Positions 1 to 17,900 of a DNA stretch of 64,000 nucleotides are shown piece after piece. Origin of the DNA: Cycas panzhihuaensis (lineage: Eukaryota; Plantae; Cycadophyta); assembly GCA_023213395.1 (NCBI GenBank), contig CM041465.1, positions 56,799,741-56,863,740 of the forward strand. Direction: 5' to 3'. The notes beneath the pieces are model-generated. The model searched no databases, was not told the origin of the DNA, and saw only the letters and a program-made list of their open reading frames with translations. Every line of letters starts with the position of its first letter. Position 1 is the first letter of the stretch. The position numbers and the translations under genes are program-made.

Positions 1-1358
1 GGAGGTGTGTTGTAAGGGCTATGTCCCTATTGATAAGGGACATAAAGAGGCATTGGATAAGTGGTCTCTTTTGATTAATAGGAGGGAACCATTCCTGAGT
101 GTGGGTAAGTTGATTAAGGGGATGGGTGAGGATATCTTAGCCCACCTCTTACTTGCATAACATAGGTAGGATCAATGTGGGTTGTACCCCTAAGGATAGA
201 AGTATAAGATGGTGGTATATAAGGTGCCATCAATCTCATTTGAGAGGGGATCAAAGGAGGGGGATAATTAATTAGGTCATATGGGTGGTTTGATGCAGTA
301 ATAGATTTTACCTAAATGGCCCTCCTAGAGGAGGGGCTACTCCATAGGGGTGGAGTAGGTCTATCCCATAAGTGGACAAGGGAATGGTGCCCTTATGTCC
401 CCATGGTTGTGATGTATAGCCTAAGGGGATGTAAAGCAAGGGATCCCCATGCCTTGGGTGAGGTCGGATGGGTATTCTTCCCCCTTTTCATGAGTATTGG
501 GGGCATAGAGGAATGGTGGTATAGAGTAGTAGAACCAAGGCTATACTTAGTTGAGGGATGGAGGTTTAGAATGATGACACACTCATCATAGCCTAGAATT
601 GAGCTTGCATGACTTGTGAGACCTCTTCATTTGGCAAAGCACTCATAAAAATAGGCACTGATGTAGCTTCTTAAAGAGGAAGAGTAGTTGTTTGGATGGA
701 AGTGGGAGGCAAAATCATAGTGGAAGTGGTTATGGTACTAAAAAGTAATTGGTGTGCCTATCTTAGGGAGGTTTGACTGGCTACTACCTTAAAATAGGCC
801 CTCAACGCCTCCATCACATCCCTTAGTTGGGTATGAATTTGGTCGAAAGGGGAGATGTGCCCCCCTTGTTGACTAGAATAAACTAGAAAAGGTGAAAGAA
901 CCTGCTTAAGATATTGAACAAGGTCTTGAGGTCGATGACCCTTAATAATGTGAGTATGGGGGCCATCGGGTTATGATAAGCTTTAATTAGATCATAGGTG
1001 TAGTAAGACAAATCCCCACTAGTGTGGGTAGGATCTTCATATAGGTAAGGGGCCTCATGAGGAGACCAATCTTGGGTATACAAATCGTATGCCCAATCAA
1101 ATGGATAACCCTCCATGTATGACTCTAGTGATTCAACACAACTAGAACATAAGTTAGTTTTGGATCCAAGGGAGGAAGGCCATGCAAGTAATGAGAGAAG
1201 TATTGCATTCATAGGCTAAAGGTCTTGCTTAGATAAAAAAAGATAAGGAACAAAGACACCCTATACAAAACTCAAGATTCACAAATGAGGGAAATAAATG
1301 CCTAAAGTTTCAAAAGGTGCTTCCTACCAGTGACTCTCTAGTATAGTTATCAATGAAA
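1..1358 (-). mobile_element. 5' internal region (PBS, Pro-rich gag-proximal region) of a degenerate Tat-like gypsy element G3, continuing left out of the window
   Basis: Reverse complement of ~1-600 resembles the gag-proximal region at ~4000-4740 (e.g. ccttatcaatagggacatagcccttaca vs cctatcaataggggtaaagcccttatg). 1323-1352 aligns with the PBS region at ~51072-51101. Confidence 0.5.
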
Positions 1359-3681
1359 TGCTACAAAAGGTTCTTTATTGTCTACATGATAGGCCTAAGG
1401 TATATGGTTTTAGCAGAAATATGCAAGTCCCACATATAAATGCCCATGAGTTACGTGAATACAGGTTTCAAAGGAATTATATGGATGGTATTTTAGAAGA
1501 AAACTAAACTAAGGGAATGAGTGGTTGTATATGCATATGGGGGAGTGAATGAGTTGGTCCCCTAAATCAAACCTATAGTTGTCTATAGGAAAAACAGATC
1601 ATACACCTAACATGCAACTATATGTTATTTAGTTTTTTATGAAAACACTCCACCCTAAGAAATGCTACAATTTTCTCTTATAGATTTGGGACTAGCAACA
1701 AGTGATCCCTCCTCATGTCTTAGGTATTGTGATAAACAATATGCATATACTAATTCCTACTCCTAAAATGGATACGATGCAAGGTATTTAGAATGTAAAA
1801 GAATGACTAATAAAAGAAAGAAAGTGAAAAAAAAAAAAAAACATTATTTCTATTTTGTTTTTCTTCTTTTTTTTTTTTTTTTTTGTGGAAAGAGAAACAA
1901 AAGGGAGAAAAGGGGGAATGGAGAGCGAATAAATAAGCAAAGCTACTTTTCTTTTCTACCCTTTTCCTTTTTATAAATAAAATGAATCAATGCATCCCCT
2001 TTTTGCTTGGCATACTTGGTGTGCAATGGTTGTCTGCCATAAGTGCTTCTCTCTAACGTATTAGGTGCATCTTGAGAAGGTAAGGGACAAGCAAAGGTAT
2101 TTGCTAACTAATTCTAAAGTAAATTGAGTAGCATTTTTGCTTATTGGATGTGCTATGATAAAGAAAAAGTGTAATCAAAAGATGAGAAGTACAAGTAAAA
2201 TGAAAATAAGGTTTTAACCTTACCTCCTCAAAATGATAGCCAAAATGGATATTTACAAGGATTTGGTTGAAGAGAAGTCTATTGTATGATAGATCTGTAG
2301 CTCCTTCTTCTTTCCTATAAACAAGTTAAGAGCATATAAGATAAATGTTTTGCCAAGAGAACCACCAATAATATAGATATATATTTCTATAAAATATTAA
2401 GCAAATTCTTTCTATAAACCAAATGCTACCTTAAAGAAAAGAAACATACTAAGTGGGATTAGTGGATGTGCCTCAAATTGGATCTCATCCCCCAATATAA
2501 TAAAGGCTCCCTAAGCATACTTAGGTGTCATTCCCCTAATTTTACAACTTTTTCACACAATAGAGGAAGCAAAAAATGTATGTAAAGGAGAAAACATTCA
2601 CCTATGGCTCAAGAGAAATTATTAAACACAAAGGAAATCATTAGCATATCCTACCATATGAATTGCAAGCATGGCATGAGAATGACAAAGGTGAAACAGA
2701 AATGAAAAATTAGTTTTACTATTAGCAAAAATGGAAAATGATTACTTTTACCTCTAAGGGAGTGGGTGGCCAATGGCTGCAATCTTCTCCTTCGAGACCT
2801 CTAATTTGTCTTTGGTGTGATGCTTTAAAACTCCAATAGCAAGCTAGTATGATGGATGAAGTTGCCAAAACTCTAAAGAAATTTTAGCAGCATAATAATA
2901 GGGTAATACAATCTCAAAGTTTACTCCCCTTCTAAAAAAAGAAGGGGATTAATTAGAAAATGGTAATGTATATGATTGGTGATTTTTTTACCATAATGTG
3001 GGGGAAACCACCATGCCAAAACCATGAGTTTTCTCATAGTTTGATGTAAGTGACTTGGAAAATGGAAGATTTAGTTTAGATTTTAGCTTTTTGGGCCACC
3101 CAAATTTGATGGGACCCAACCTGAGGCCAATGCAGTCTGCCCAAGTCTAATAAAAAAACATTAATGAGCTAATTGTCACTAAAAATCTCAAATCTAAATA
3201 GGTGAAAATTATACTACAAACATGTTTTCAACACTATGAATTACTTCACAGTACCATTATTGCAAAAAGAAAACACATTAATTAAGTAATAATTTAATTT
3301 TTTAAGCAAAATAACTATACAACTTAGCTAAAAACTCACTGACAGAGTACCTAAGATATAGATGCAATTAATAATAAGTGGCTAAAGGATAGAAAAGAGG
3401 CCCAGTAGGTTAAAACAAAAGCAAAATAAAGTTTTAAGTAGGGGAAATAATAACTTTTCTAACCCAATGACCCTAATGGGTGGACTAAATGGCCTTGGAC
3501 CAAAGTTATACTCATCACCAGTAAAAAGGAGCATGGACAAGCAGCACATACAAGTAAATAAAGCATACATACACTATCTAAAATCAAATATAAATCAATG
3601 GAGTATAAAGAAAGTAGTGTTGCATACCTGTACTTACTTATATGTTACCATCTCCATGGAATTCCTAGAAGTTGGGAAACA
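1359..3681 (-). repeat. Probable 5' LTR of G3 (~2.3 kb)
   Basis: Starts TG just after the PBS-homologous block. Ends ...catacctgtacttac...ctagaagttgggaaaca, similar to the LTR ends at 7967, 14987 and 54203. Confidence 0.45.
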
Positions 3682-4890
3682 TGTAACATATAGCATCCCA
3701 TGATGGGGAAGATGCCACATATCCTTATTAATTGGACCTAGTTGGACCTAGTTTATTAGGCCTCATTATGTCCCCATCCCATTTTATTACAGTTGTTTAA
3801 CCTTATGATCCCACCATAGATCTTGGCCCTTTAGGTCAAGCTTTCTCATTTAATCAAACCCATTCAAGGGAAGAGGTTTTAGACCTATCCTAGACACCTA
3901 AGAGTGTGTTGGACATTTTGGCAACCTTAAGGAATCAATATAAGTAAATCACCTTGGATATGACCCTTATGTGGGCTCGTTATTTGTTTGAAATGAATTA
4001 TGACCCATCTCAACATGTTGCCTTATCCTGATTACTGATGACCCCTCAATTAGAGGCTACACCTTAATCAACCTCCTCATTGCCACCGATGCCTACTTAG
4101 GCCCCACCAATAATAACCTTATTAGTCCCTGTTATATTTATGACTATTCCTCTTTTTAGCCAACCACTTCCCCACTTGATTCCACTTGTCACTCTAATAA
4201 GTGGACTCCATACATCGATCTTGTAGCCAATGGTTGTGTGGTCAAGCTCTCTTGTTCTACTTGTCCTTCATCTTTCCCTCTAATTAGGACAATAGGCCCT
4301 TGGTAGTGCAACTTCCTCCCTCATACCTTGTTCATTTAGTTAGACCCACAACATAACTTATCCACTTAACCTAATCCTGCTTAGGTATGTTTCCCTATAG
4401 TAGAGGTAAGGTAGGGCTCATCCACCACCTACTTTCAACATAGAACACCTTCACTTATATAATGCTACCTCTCTAATTAGAGGCTCATATGGGTAAAACC
4501 TAATTCCCCATCCAATCTCTCACTCTACTTTACCCTATCAAGCTATTCATATGATGGGTCTAGCCTACCTAGCTTATCAAGCTATTAGACGCCAATAGAC
4601 CCCTACTTACCATGTCCCAAATAGACCCATTTGTATATGACCAATCCCTATGCTTGTAGAGTGATCCCTTACCAAGTTGGGGGTATCCCCCAATTTGTCC
4701 CACTATATTAGGCCTATCAATAGGGGTAAAGCCCTTATGGAATTATCTAACCTGACTATCTATATAGGCCTCATCCAACTTTCCCACCCATTGACTTGCT
4801 AACATAACATAGGGCACATCCCTTCATTAATTATTGCATTAACCCTCTTTCTTTAGAGGTTCTATATACTAACCTATCACCTCGCTTAAA
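3682..4890 (+). pseudogene. Degenerate gag N-terminal region of host gypsy element G0
   Basis: Ends HPFINYCINPLSLEVLYTNLSPR, homologous to CPFVDYKISLPSLKALRTNLLPHPLKV in the minus-strand gag at ~46300-46390. Continues at 54204 (EVPIFES...). Confidence 0.6.
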
Positions 4891-7800
4891 TGTGGATAAG
4901 CAGGGGGAGGGGACGTATAAATCACGACCCCAAAATGTGCTCAAAGGGCTAGGTGGACTCAAGTGGAGAAGGATGCAAATATATACCCCTTGCAGAGGTG
5001 GTATGCATCCCTTGTATATAGATATAAGGATGTTTGATACAATGTTTGATTAACTATACTAAGGGAAACATATAGATATGTGTAACATGCTAGAAAAGTT
5101 AATAATAAAAGGAAAATTAATGTTAGTTATTACTAATAAACAAATAAAAAAAAGAGTGTGGTGTAGGCAGGTAGATGAGACAAATATACATCATACAAGG
5201 AATGCAAACTAAAAGCTAATTAATAGTCATTAAGAATAAAATCAATCAAACCAAAGCTAGTGTCCTTAAAAGAACCATTTAATACATAGAAAGCCTTTAT
5301 GATATGAGGGGGTTGATCTTACATAAATGACCACAACTCCTATGTTTCTACATGTCTATCCTATGCAGCTAAACCCCCAAGTTTACTGACTTATCATAAC
5401 CCAGATTGTTACTTGACCTAAAAGTGATGGAATTAATCTATAGAATCAAGGAAAGGATTACCTAGAGTGAGAGGTCTAAATGAATTAAGACTATAAGATA
5501 GATTTACTTAAGGATAAGTCAGTGGGAATTCGTCGATACTGGTGATGGATCTCACATAAATGTAAGAGTGGCTTAGTAGTACCTACATTTGATTCCAACA
5601 AACCTCAAGCTCTATAATCCATTCAACTACCTATTGAGCTTATAAACCTCAAGCTCTATAAGCTCTAGGATCCATTCAACTACCTATTTGGAATATGGAT
5701 TAGAGACTCAACACTTAAAGGCATAAGAGAACCTCTCTCATTTGACAATGACATCCAAGTAGAAAGAAAACTATCCCCCCTCTTTAGTGGAAAGAAGAAC
5801 CCTATATCGTAAAAGAGATTAAAGAAGTAAATAAGTCACACACCTAATATAGACAACATGTAATTTTGATTATATAAAAATAATAACATAACATAGCTAA
5901 TCGAAATAAGATGTTACCCTATGGATTTAAGGACTTGTAACAAGTGCAAACCACTTCTTCATTAGGCATCTGAGAAAGCATACACCAAAAGAAAAGACAC
6001 AAATACAATGCAACGTAAAAATAAATTTAAAATTTCTTTTTAACCCTTCTTCTTCTTCTTCTTTTCCCTTTCCTTTTCAAAGTGAAATCCTATGAATAAT
6101 GGAGAAGAGGAGCAAATAACAATACTCCAAGCACATAATCAAATCCACTTTTCCTAATGTTCTTTTCAAAGCAAGACATGGAGATTTAAATGACGATTTA
6201 TAGGCTTTTTCTTTTTTATAAATGAAGCTAGAGAGATGGGGCCTACAAAGAGTATTTAGTGGGATATACTAAATTACTAATTTTAACCCTTTCCAAAGTA
6301 GACATTTAGCTCTCTAAATCACTGGTAAGACTCAACATAAGTTAGGCTAATATGTGATATTAGAAATAAATTTTCTACGAAAACTTTGACAACATTTTCA
6401 ATTGTCATATTAGATTATGATAAACAAAAGTTTGTCTAAAAAATAAAAATGATCAAAAATATGATTAAACAAACTTTGATATTAATATTTTTTGTAACTT
6501 TTATGGTGGAATTTTGAAAACATAATGGTTGTACAATAGACACTAAACTTTAGTGGGAAAGAGGATAGAAATAGGGAGAAGGAAGGAGGATCTTCATACT
6601 ACTCTACATGCTCTAAAACCTATAATAAAACTCATAGAACTCCACCATCTGTATGAATTATAACATGCAAGACTATTACAATAAAAGATAGATGGAAAAG
6701 CTACCAAGCAAGCAAACCAAACCAAACATTCAAAGCAACTAAAAGTAAGTTTGAAATAGGCCTAAAAAATAGAAAAGTTATCCACTTCTTTCAAAACCCA
6801 AATGAGCAATACTAGGCCCTTGTTCGATTGCAAGACACCAAACAATAGAGGAGGTAAAACATGCAAAAGAAAGGAAGCCAAAACAACACATCAAACAAGC
6901 ATAAACAAAGGTAATTCAATGGCAAAAAGAGAAACAAATAAAATCTTAGAGAAAAGGATGAAAAGCTTAGATTCATGGGGGGATTTCCCCATTCTAAGAG
7001 ATGGAGGGATACTAATGACTATTAACTTTAGCCAATAAATACTCCAATAACATCCAGTGATCAAACTTAAAGCCAAGAGTGGAAGCCAATGAGGAAGACT
7101 GGATGAACTCAAACAAGCTAATGAAATTTTGGTAGCATAATGACAACTAAATCAATTTACAACATGACATCCTCTTTTCAATTAAAATAGAGGGATATAA
7201 ATGGATAAGGATGAAGGGTTGGGCTAATGGTTTTAAGCCCATAGATTTAGGAGAAACCATGGGCCAAAAACATGGGCAAAAACCCATGGTTTTAATGAGA
7301 AATAATAAGATTAGGCAATTAATGACATGTGGTTTAATCAAAACCTATAAGTAGCCCATGGTGTTGATGAAGCCATAAAGAGGGCCCACATCTTGGCACC
7401 ATAAATATACAACCAAATATAGGCTTAAAAAGATTTGCAAGTAAAAAAAGTTGTACCATAAAGTTTGATGTAGTACTATGAAGAATCTTTGAGATACTGT
7501 GAAGCTCTATTTTTTTTCATAGTTATATATAAAAATTGGTTAATAAAATAAAAAAATAACATAGTATGATGAAGAAGATAGTGGGACAAGTAACAATCAC
7601 AACAAGATGAGTGAAAAATAATGAGAAAAAGATTAAATTAGATGGAAAAGGGACCAAAAGCATAAGTTGAGTGGAGGAAAGACATAAACATAGTAATAAA
7701 GAGATGAAACATATCTTACAGAGGTACTAAAGGGATATTCTTAACCTATTAAGCTTGAATGAACAATAATAAAGCCATTGACATGGTCAAAATCATCATC

Positions 7801-7967
7801 AATAGAGCATTAACAAACCTATCCAATACATCAATAGACAAACAAGAGTATATGCTAATAAAACAACCACTCTAAGCTACACTAAGCTAAGCTAAGAAAG
7901 GAATAAGCACATACCTTTACCTACCTATTGGTGTGATATTTATGAATCTCTTAAATTATAGGAAACA
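4891..7967 (-). repeat. 3' LTR of G1
   Basis: Colinear, diverged copy of 51107-54203. TG...CA termini. Purine tract agaggagtaag immediately 5' on the minus strand (7968-7978). TATA-like ctataaat on the minus strand near 6200. Confidence 0.75.
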
Positions 7968-9039
7968 CTTACTCCTCTAATAATAGAACCTCTTTAAATG
8001 ACAGTTACAAGATAGCAAATGCTATCAACAATGCCCTAGTTAGACTAATAATGAGCCTATAAACATGAAAGAAAAAGGTAGTCTACTATAGTTTAGCCTC
8101 ATTAGTAGGTGTTTAGAGAATGTTACCCTTAGTTTATTCTTATTGTTAAGGACTTTAGAGGTGTGCTAACTAGGGTGGAGGGTTGGTTAGTGACCTAATC
8201 AAACCAAGATGAACCAGTGGTTGTGATAAACCTAGATGAACACAAATTGGCCCCCATAGTTTATCCTCTTTAGCGACCATTTTTTAGATCAATTTTAGGT
8301 GGCTGAGAGGTTGACTTAGTAATTGATAAAGGTTGAGCTTTAAGGCTAATAATTTGGGCTTATAAGCTAAAAATCTTAGGTAGAAGACAGGGTTCCACAA
8401 ATGCTTGAAGATAAAGATTTAAAAGTTAAAGATAATCACCATAGTTTAGCTTTGTTAGTAGTCATGCTTTAAAGGTGGAGTTGTTTGGGCTTATCTTAGA
8501 GCTAAGTTTCTTTATTTTTTGATTATATATATATTTTTTATCTTTTATTATTTTATAATATATTTAAGATATATATTTATTTATTTATATATTTTATAAT
8601 ATTTTTATACTTTTGGTTTATTTAAGGAGTAAGTAAACCAAAAGGAACTTACATAAATAGGAAAGGACAAGACTGTGGATATGATAGGGGTGTTGCCCCT
8701 TTTGTAAGGCTACACTCAAGTTGGACATTTACAAATTTATAAGTTAGTTTACCCTCATTTTAGAACAAGGGTCTAATTTTAACTATTAGAGGAGCATCAA
8801 ATAATTTACCCTAATTTTAGAGACTTATTAGGGATCAAAGAGGAAGTTGGAATATTGTTCCAATCTCATCAATAGGCTCAATAGCCCAGGGGTTTTACCA
8901 CAATTTAACCTCTTTAGTAAGGGCCCCTAAAAGGTGGTGATGAGGAAGTTGGCTTATAGGCTTAGCTTTATTTGGGGGCTAGATAGCCCTAAAGAGAACT
9001 ACCTACCTATGGTAGATGACACTCAAGGATAAAGATAGT

Positions 9040-9402
9040 TATTTGATCTATCTCAATGTTATATGCCAATGGGATGTATTAGATTGTCACTATAAAAAAT
9101 TATGATAAGAGTGACCTGGCTTAGTTAGCAAGAGCATGTAGTTGAAGGTAACCAACCTAGTAAACTTGGGTGAGTTGGTATATAATTAGCTAGGAATAAG
9201 AAAGAAATAAGATGGGGCCTTAGTTGACTTATACTACAGTGGTTAAGACCCCAATGATAATAGTATACCTAACTATGTTATTGGTTACCATTGGCAAGTA
9301 GATCTTAGAGCAAATTAGGAGATGTCCTAATTAGTTTCACATGGTCCAAACTACAACTAAAGGGCCAAGGTTCCCATGGTTACCCCTATAAGTAGGAATG
9401 AT
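9040..9402 (-). pseudogene. Degenerate archaeal-type RNase H (aRH / RVT_3-like), stand-alone, downstream of integrase
   Basis: Manual translation (121 codons, several stops) IIPTYRGNHGNLGPLVVVW...LPMVTNNIVRYTIII...YS*LIIYQLTQVY...YIPLAYNIEIDQI aligns end to end with the aRH at 15631-16008. Confidence 0.7.
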
Positions 9403-9784
9403 TTATGCTATGGGGAAAATTCACTAACTACTCAAAGACAAGTTAGTAAATGAGGGGATGGTTTGGGAATCAACAGATGTGATTAGATCTTAGGTTTGTG
9501 TTCACTCTAACTAAAAAAATAGGTTAAACATAGACCACATGAGCAACATTGTGTCATTATCATGATAAGTTTTTATAATTTATTCTATGGTTATCAAAAT
9601 GTAGAGTAGGTTTCAATCATAATTGAGGCCATGGTGGACCCGAATAGTTAGATGTGAAGATCTTAAACAATTCACACATTTGAACCTAAATTACAAATTG
9701 CATGTGGGAACAAAATTGACACATGATTCGGCCTAGATACCAAGAAGGTGGTGAGAGGTATATACATAAATTTATAAATTTCTA

Positions 9785-9931
<147 letters not shown>

Positions 9932-11422
9932 TCAATATGAAAAAGCAACGCAGTGATGAGCCAACTCATGGTGGACTAGATAAACCAATATGTGATAGCT
10001 TACTTTAATAGAATAAAGATATACAGAACTTGAGAACCTAGGGATGAGGGTTGAATTATAGGGAGAACATAGGTAGTTCATACAAATTATCTATGAGTGC
10101 TTTAACATATGACATGAGTGAAAAAGAGGGGCCTTTAGAAGGGCAATCATGATAAGTTAGGCCATCTGCTATAATAGGGATCAAGTGGGACTACTATTAG
10201 GAAGTACATCTTGAGATAAAGCTATTGGGCTAGTACAAGGGTTGTGGGTTGCACATTAGAAAGGGTTACTACTTTTGCAAGGTATAAGATGACTAAGTAA
10301 CTAAAAGGAAGACTGCTAGTAGAAGAGCTTATAGAGGGCGAGTGCTAGGTAGTGAGGGGATCTACATGCATTTAACTAATGGAGGATTACCTTTAAACAA
10401 ACTTTAGTATTGTAGGTGTATGATTTGATGCACTAATAATAATGGTTATTAATCACTTAAAAAACAAGTTTAGAGGGATACTGTATACAATTTTTTTGAG
10501 AAAACAAAGCCCTAGTAGGGGCCAATTTATAGCCAAGTTAGGATAATTTAATATCTTAGTGGTTTTAGATAGGCCAACATTGGACTGAATAGAAATATTT
10601 ATGAAATTTTACAGTAAATTTCTCAATTTTGGGCTTCTCATTTTCGGGCTCTTGGTTAGTGACAAAACTTTCAAAGCAATATTGTGAAGTTTGAAGTAGT
10701 ACTATGGTGAGTCATTCTCTATTATGAGATAGCCTAAACAACTTTGTGAGATGAGCATACGTGAATAGTTTTTTAGACTTTTCATGTGATTTTGCTAGTT
10801 CTAGTAGCATACTACATACTGATGAGTTGATCTAGCTAGGATAATATCATCAACATGGTCATTAACCTATTTAAAGCTTGATTATGATGTATTGAAATAA
10901 TTTTTATAATAAAATGAAAAGAGCATCAATGTAATAGAATGTAAATTATGTTAAATTACATATGATAGGTCAACAAAAATAATTTATGCTTGATTTTAGA
11001 GCAAGTGTAGTTTAGGATCATTTTGGAGCACTATGTAAAATAAGAAGTCTATACAAATAGCAAAGAGAATTTTATTTTTTGGTTCACTTTATTTTTATTG
11101 TTGTTCTTCTATTTTGGACTATAATTACAAGTGATGGTTTATACTATATATGGAGTAATATTTAGTTTATGCTCATGGGGGATTATTATGCCCTTATAGG
11201 GGCATAACTTTACTCGTAATAGATTAGTATTCCATGATAGATATGAAACGTGATAGAAACATCATAGTTTATTCTCATTGCAAAGATCATTGGTAGCTTA
11301 ATCTCTTACTAAAGGAACATAGTTTAGACTCATTTTAGAGCGCCTTGTCAATTTAGGCTCTTATTAAAGCATAACTAGTTTAGGCTCATTTTAGAGTAAT
11401 TGTACCCCCAAGGAGGGCACCA

Positions 11423-11570
11423 TCAACTATAGAACTTCTTGAGAAACATTTCATTGATAGATTTCTCAAACTCTAGACCTTCTAACATGGCGATGTGATA
11501 TGCACTATTAGCTAGACTTTGTAACATTATAAATGGCCCAACCCACATGGGTGCAAATTTTTAAAGATGG
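11423..11570 (-). pseudogene. Gypsy integrase C-terminal GPY/F segment and pol stop codon
   Basis: Translates KFAPMWVGPFIMLQSLANSAYHIAMLEGLEFEKSINEMFLKKFYS*. Confidence 0.8.
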
Positions 11571-12114
11571 TCATTGGAAGTGTGCATCTAGGGGTCACTA
11601 AAGATAAGGATACTTAAGCCAACACTATCACTATATCAGGGGCTTCAGGGTCCTCAAGGAAGGGGGTAGGTCACCCACAAAGGGCGTTTGTACATCAGAA
11701 TGCAAGTTTGAAGACCTACAAATAGTGCACAAGACCTTCCCTTTCGACAGGCACCTTCTAAGAGCTAGGTTGAGCAAGGCCATCCTTGATTTACTAAGTA
11801 ACCTGGGTGAGGACTCTCCTATCTTAATGGTAGAAGGAAGGAGACAAAAGATCAAGATCTTCTTTTAGGGAAAAGGTGAAGGAGAAAGGGTAGGTCCTAA
11901 TAGGATAGGAACCTATGGAATGAGTGAGGGAAATGGTTAGTTGAGAGGTGAGGAAGGGGTGCGAAGACCAAATCAAAAAGATGAAGCTTTTGGAAGGTTA
12001 TATTTGAGGTCACCTAAAGGGGATGCCTCTAGGGTTTAACCTATGGGTGAAAGTTGTTCAACTACACTAAGAGTTTTAAGTAGTGTCCTTTGTCTCATTT
12101 ATGGGATAAGATGA

Positions 12115-14987
<2,873 letters not shown>

Positions 14988-15286
14988 TTGCCCCTTGGCA
15001 GTAGAGCCTTGTCGGTTGGGAGCATCTAGTAATGGTGAATGCTGTCAATACAACAGAATCAGTATCATCTACTAATACGAAGGTGTCATCATCCAAGGGT
15101 AGTGGTGAGTGTCATGGTGGATCGTGTGGACAAGGAAAGAGATGGAGTGGCTGGGGGTTGCCTATACATCACCCAAGAGTCTAGTATAAAAGAATGAGAG
15201 GAATGCCCTCATTGCCCTTGTATGCAATATGAGCATTATACAAGGTCATGAGCATAAACAATAAGTAGATGTAAGCAAAAGATCTA

Positions 15287-15403
<117 letters not shown>

Positions 15404-15630
15404 GGAGAGTCGATGTGCAAGAACATCATGCCATAGATGGTACAAAGATAGGGTGAAGAGTCAAATCTAGTGATCAATATACTTTAACCTCATTAGTGGC
15501 CTACTTTCAAAGGTTCGAGGGTAGTCATAATAGAGAAGAAATGATGATCCAGAAGTCTGAGTGGCTAGACAACCTATTGGGTTGCCTAGAAGGGATCGTC
15601 TAAGAGGGGGAGACGACGCTCGAGGATATG

Positions 15631-16008
15631 ATGGACAAGGCCATCTACCTTGGCATTTAGATCTCAGGGGATATATTGAACATTCACATAGGTGAAGAGA
15701 GATAATAGGGATCTTCTATTCGATCCAAGGGCTCTTAATCATGGATAACACACCTGGTAGAGTTGGGTTAGTTGCTACATGATGATCTGGGAGTCATAAT
15801 AGAGGATGATATGACCATGGTGAAAGCAAAGTGCATCGATAAGGGATTTGATAACAAATGTGTATTTAGCCTTGTTATTTGTAGCCTCGGGTAAGAAGAT
15901 TCCAGAAGATATATATTTAGCTCTGGAGGAATCATAGAGGATCCACGTAGCTGCGAAAGGTTTAGGGTTGCCATGACTTCCTCCATCGATAAAGATGAAC
16001 AGAACCAT
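15631..16008 (-). pseudogene. Archaeal-type RNase H (aRH / RVT_3-like) with its own ATG, element G2
   Basis: ORF MVLFIFIDGGSHGNP...ATNNKAKY...YDSQIIM*, continuing in frame QLTQLYQV...QYIP*DLNAKVDGLVH. DG..GNP, TNN, DS and N..D motifs are present. Confidence 0.8.
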
Positions 16009-17280
16009 GGTAGGAATAGTAAATCATAAAATAGATGGTAACAACAATGTCAATATGCAGAAGGATAGCCACGGGGCTACAACAACTTAGAATAATTGTA
16101 AATACTAATCATAGGAGGATGGGAGAGCCCTAGAGGCAGGCTACTAGGCTAGAGGAAGTCTTGCCCAATGAAAGAGCAAGAAAAGGTTAATGAATATGAT
16201 CTTTCGAGGCCCTTAGGGATCGTGGAAGGGCCTATGGAGGCTTGGAAGGGAGGAGGAGCTTTCCCTAGGAGCCTTAGAGGCTCAAACAAATGGAAAAAAT
16301 GGATCGAGGATCCTAAAACAACCTAAAGGATTATAAACATTAGCATGTTTCAGAGCAATGCAAAAAATAAGATGGAAGGGCCTCCATGAAGCTAGAGGGG
16401 CTCATCATAAATGCACCAAAAAGGGGTAAAATGGAGGTTGCGGGAGCAAGGTAGGGGTCAAACTTTCAAAACAAAGGAGATAAGGACAAAGAATCAATCC
16501 TGAGGGCTATCACACTAAGGAGAATGGAGATGATACCCTGGGAGGCTCCATGAGTAAAAAGAGATGAAGGGGTGAAAATAGATTTTATTTTCATAGGCTC
16601 CACAAGAGATCTAGAGTCCTCCTCTCTGAGCAGCGAGGCTAAGCCACCTTTTAGGAGCACACATTAGGAGATTCGACTGTTGGATTGGGGTGAGAGGGTA
16701 GATGTTGGGATTGTAGCAACGAGATGGCGGCCATCAGACCAGATCTAATAAGTGGATCGTACCCTAGCCTCTCAATTTCATCACTTGAATTTAATGTCTT
16801 TTTTACAATTTTTGGGTCCCATAAGGGCCATAGGGACCTTCTGGAGCTCAATGAAGGCCTAGGGAGGGGGAGGACTAGGGCATTAGGTAGCCATATTCCC
16901 AATGGGCTAAGCCAGGCCCACTTGAGATAATTTTTTTATTTTTTTAGGGCCACCCCCCCTTTTTGGAGGGGTATTTGCAACCCCATTACAATTGTCATAG
17001 TGCCACAAAGTTTACAGCGAGGCCACTAAAAAAAAAAAAATTCTCAATGAGGCCTACATCAATATCTGTGGTACCGTAAATATTGATACAGGGCAGAGAC
17101 CTACTAGGAGAAAAAAGAAAAACTGACTTGGATGGATGGATTTACTCCATCTGAGGGAGCCACATTCATCTAGAAGGAGGGACAACACATGGAAGTAGTG
17201 TATGGGTGGTTTCTGACTGGTTGTTTTGATGTTTGTAGGCTATTCTTGCAGTTGATAATCACGAGAACATAGGGATGGCT

Positions 17281-17900
17281 ATGATGAACTTTATTAAGAT
17301 GATGTCAAGGTAAGAAATGATAACTTTGTGATGCTACAGGCTCTTGAAGGTGATCAAGACCCCATAATACACATCATATCAGTGTCTATTAGTGGATATA
17401 GTATCCCATTAGGATAGACAGAGGTATGTGTTCCATCTCCCATAGGTGGGGGATGTTACCATCACACTAGGGGATATTAAGAGGATCCTGGGAGTGCCAA
17501 CTGGAGAGGCACCAGCTTCTCTAGGTACTTTACCTAGCATAGATGCTTCTCACAAGGAGGCAATGAGATTTTTCACACGATAAAGCTGATGGGATTGGTG
17601 AGGAGTCTCAATATAAGAGATGGTGCTCTCCAAAGTTCCTCATGTGAGGAAACTCATCACACTAGTAATTATGTTTTGGATATCCTAAAAACAGAACTAT
17701 AAAGACATTCTCAGAGGATGGATGGCGACCATTAGGAGGTATGAGACAGGGGAGAGCTTTAATTAAACTTCCTTGATAGCAGCTAACATAGTTGCACAAT
17801 TGGACTAGATATAAGCAGCGTGGAGAGGAGGATTTTCTTATTGCATGTTTCTCTAGTGTTAGTTCTTGGATCACTTTGGAGCAATGGCACCACTAGGAGG
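17281..17900 (+). pseudogene. Plant mobile domain (PMD, aminotransferase-like) ORF remnant, antisense to G2; low-complexity acidic/Gly tail may extend to ~19200
   Basis: One-frame manual translation: LLVDIVSH*DRQRYVFHLP*VGDVTITLGDIKRILGVPTGE...GESFN*TSLIAANIVAQL...GGFSYCMFL*C*FLDHF. Matches the PMD consensus (W..TFHLP.GE.TITL.DV..ILGLP; NW..LA; LQ.W..EHF). Confidence 0.75.

Noticed and set aside
4899-4915. Purine tract plus (C/T)G read as a plus-strand PPT and LTR start (also ~51113-51130)
   Set aside because: Present inside both LTR copies; PBS, TATA-like box and coding domains all point to minus orientation.
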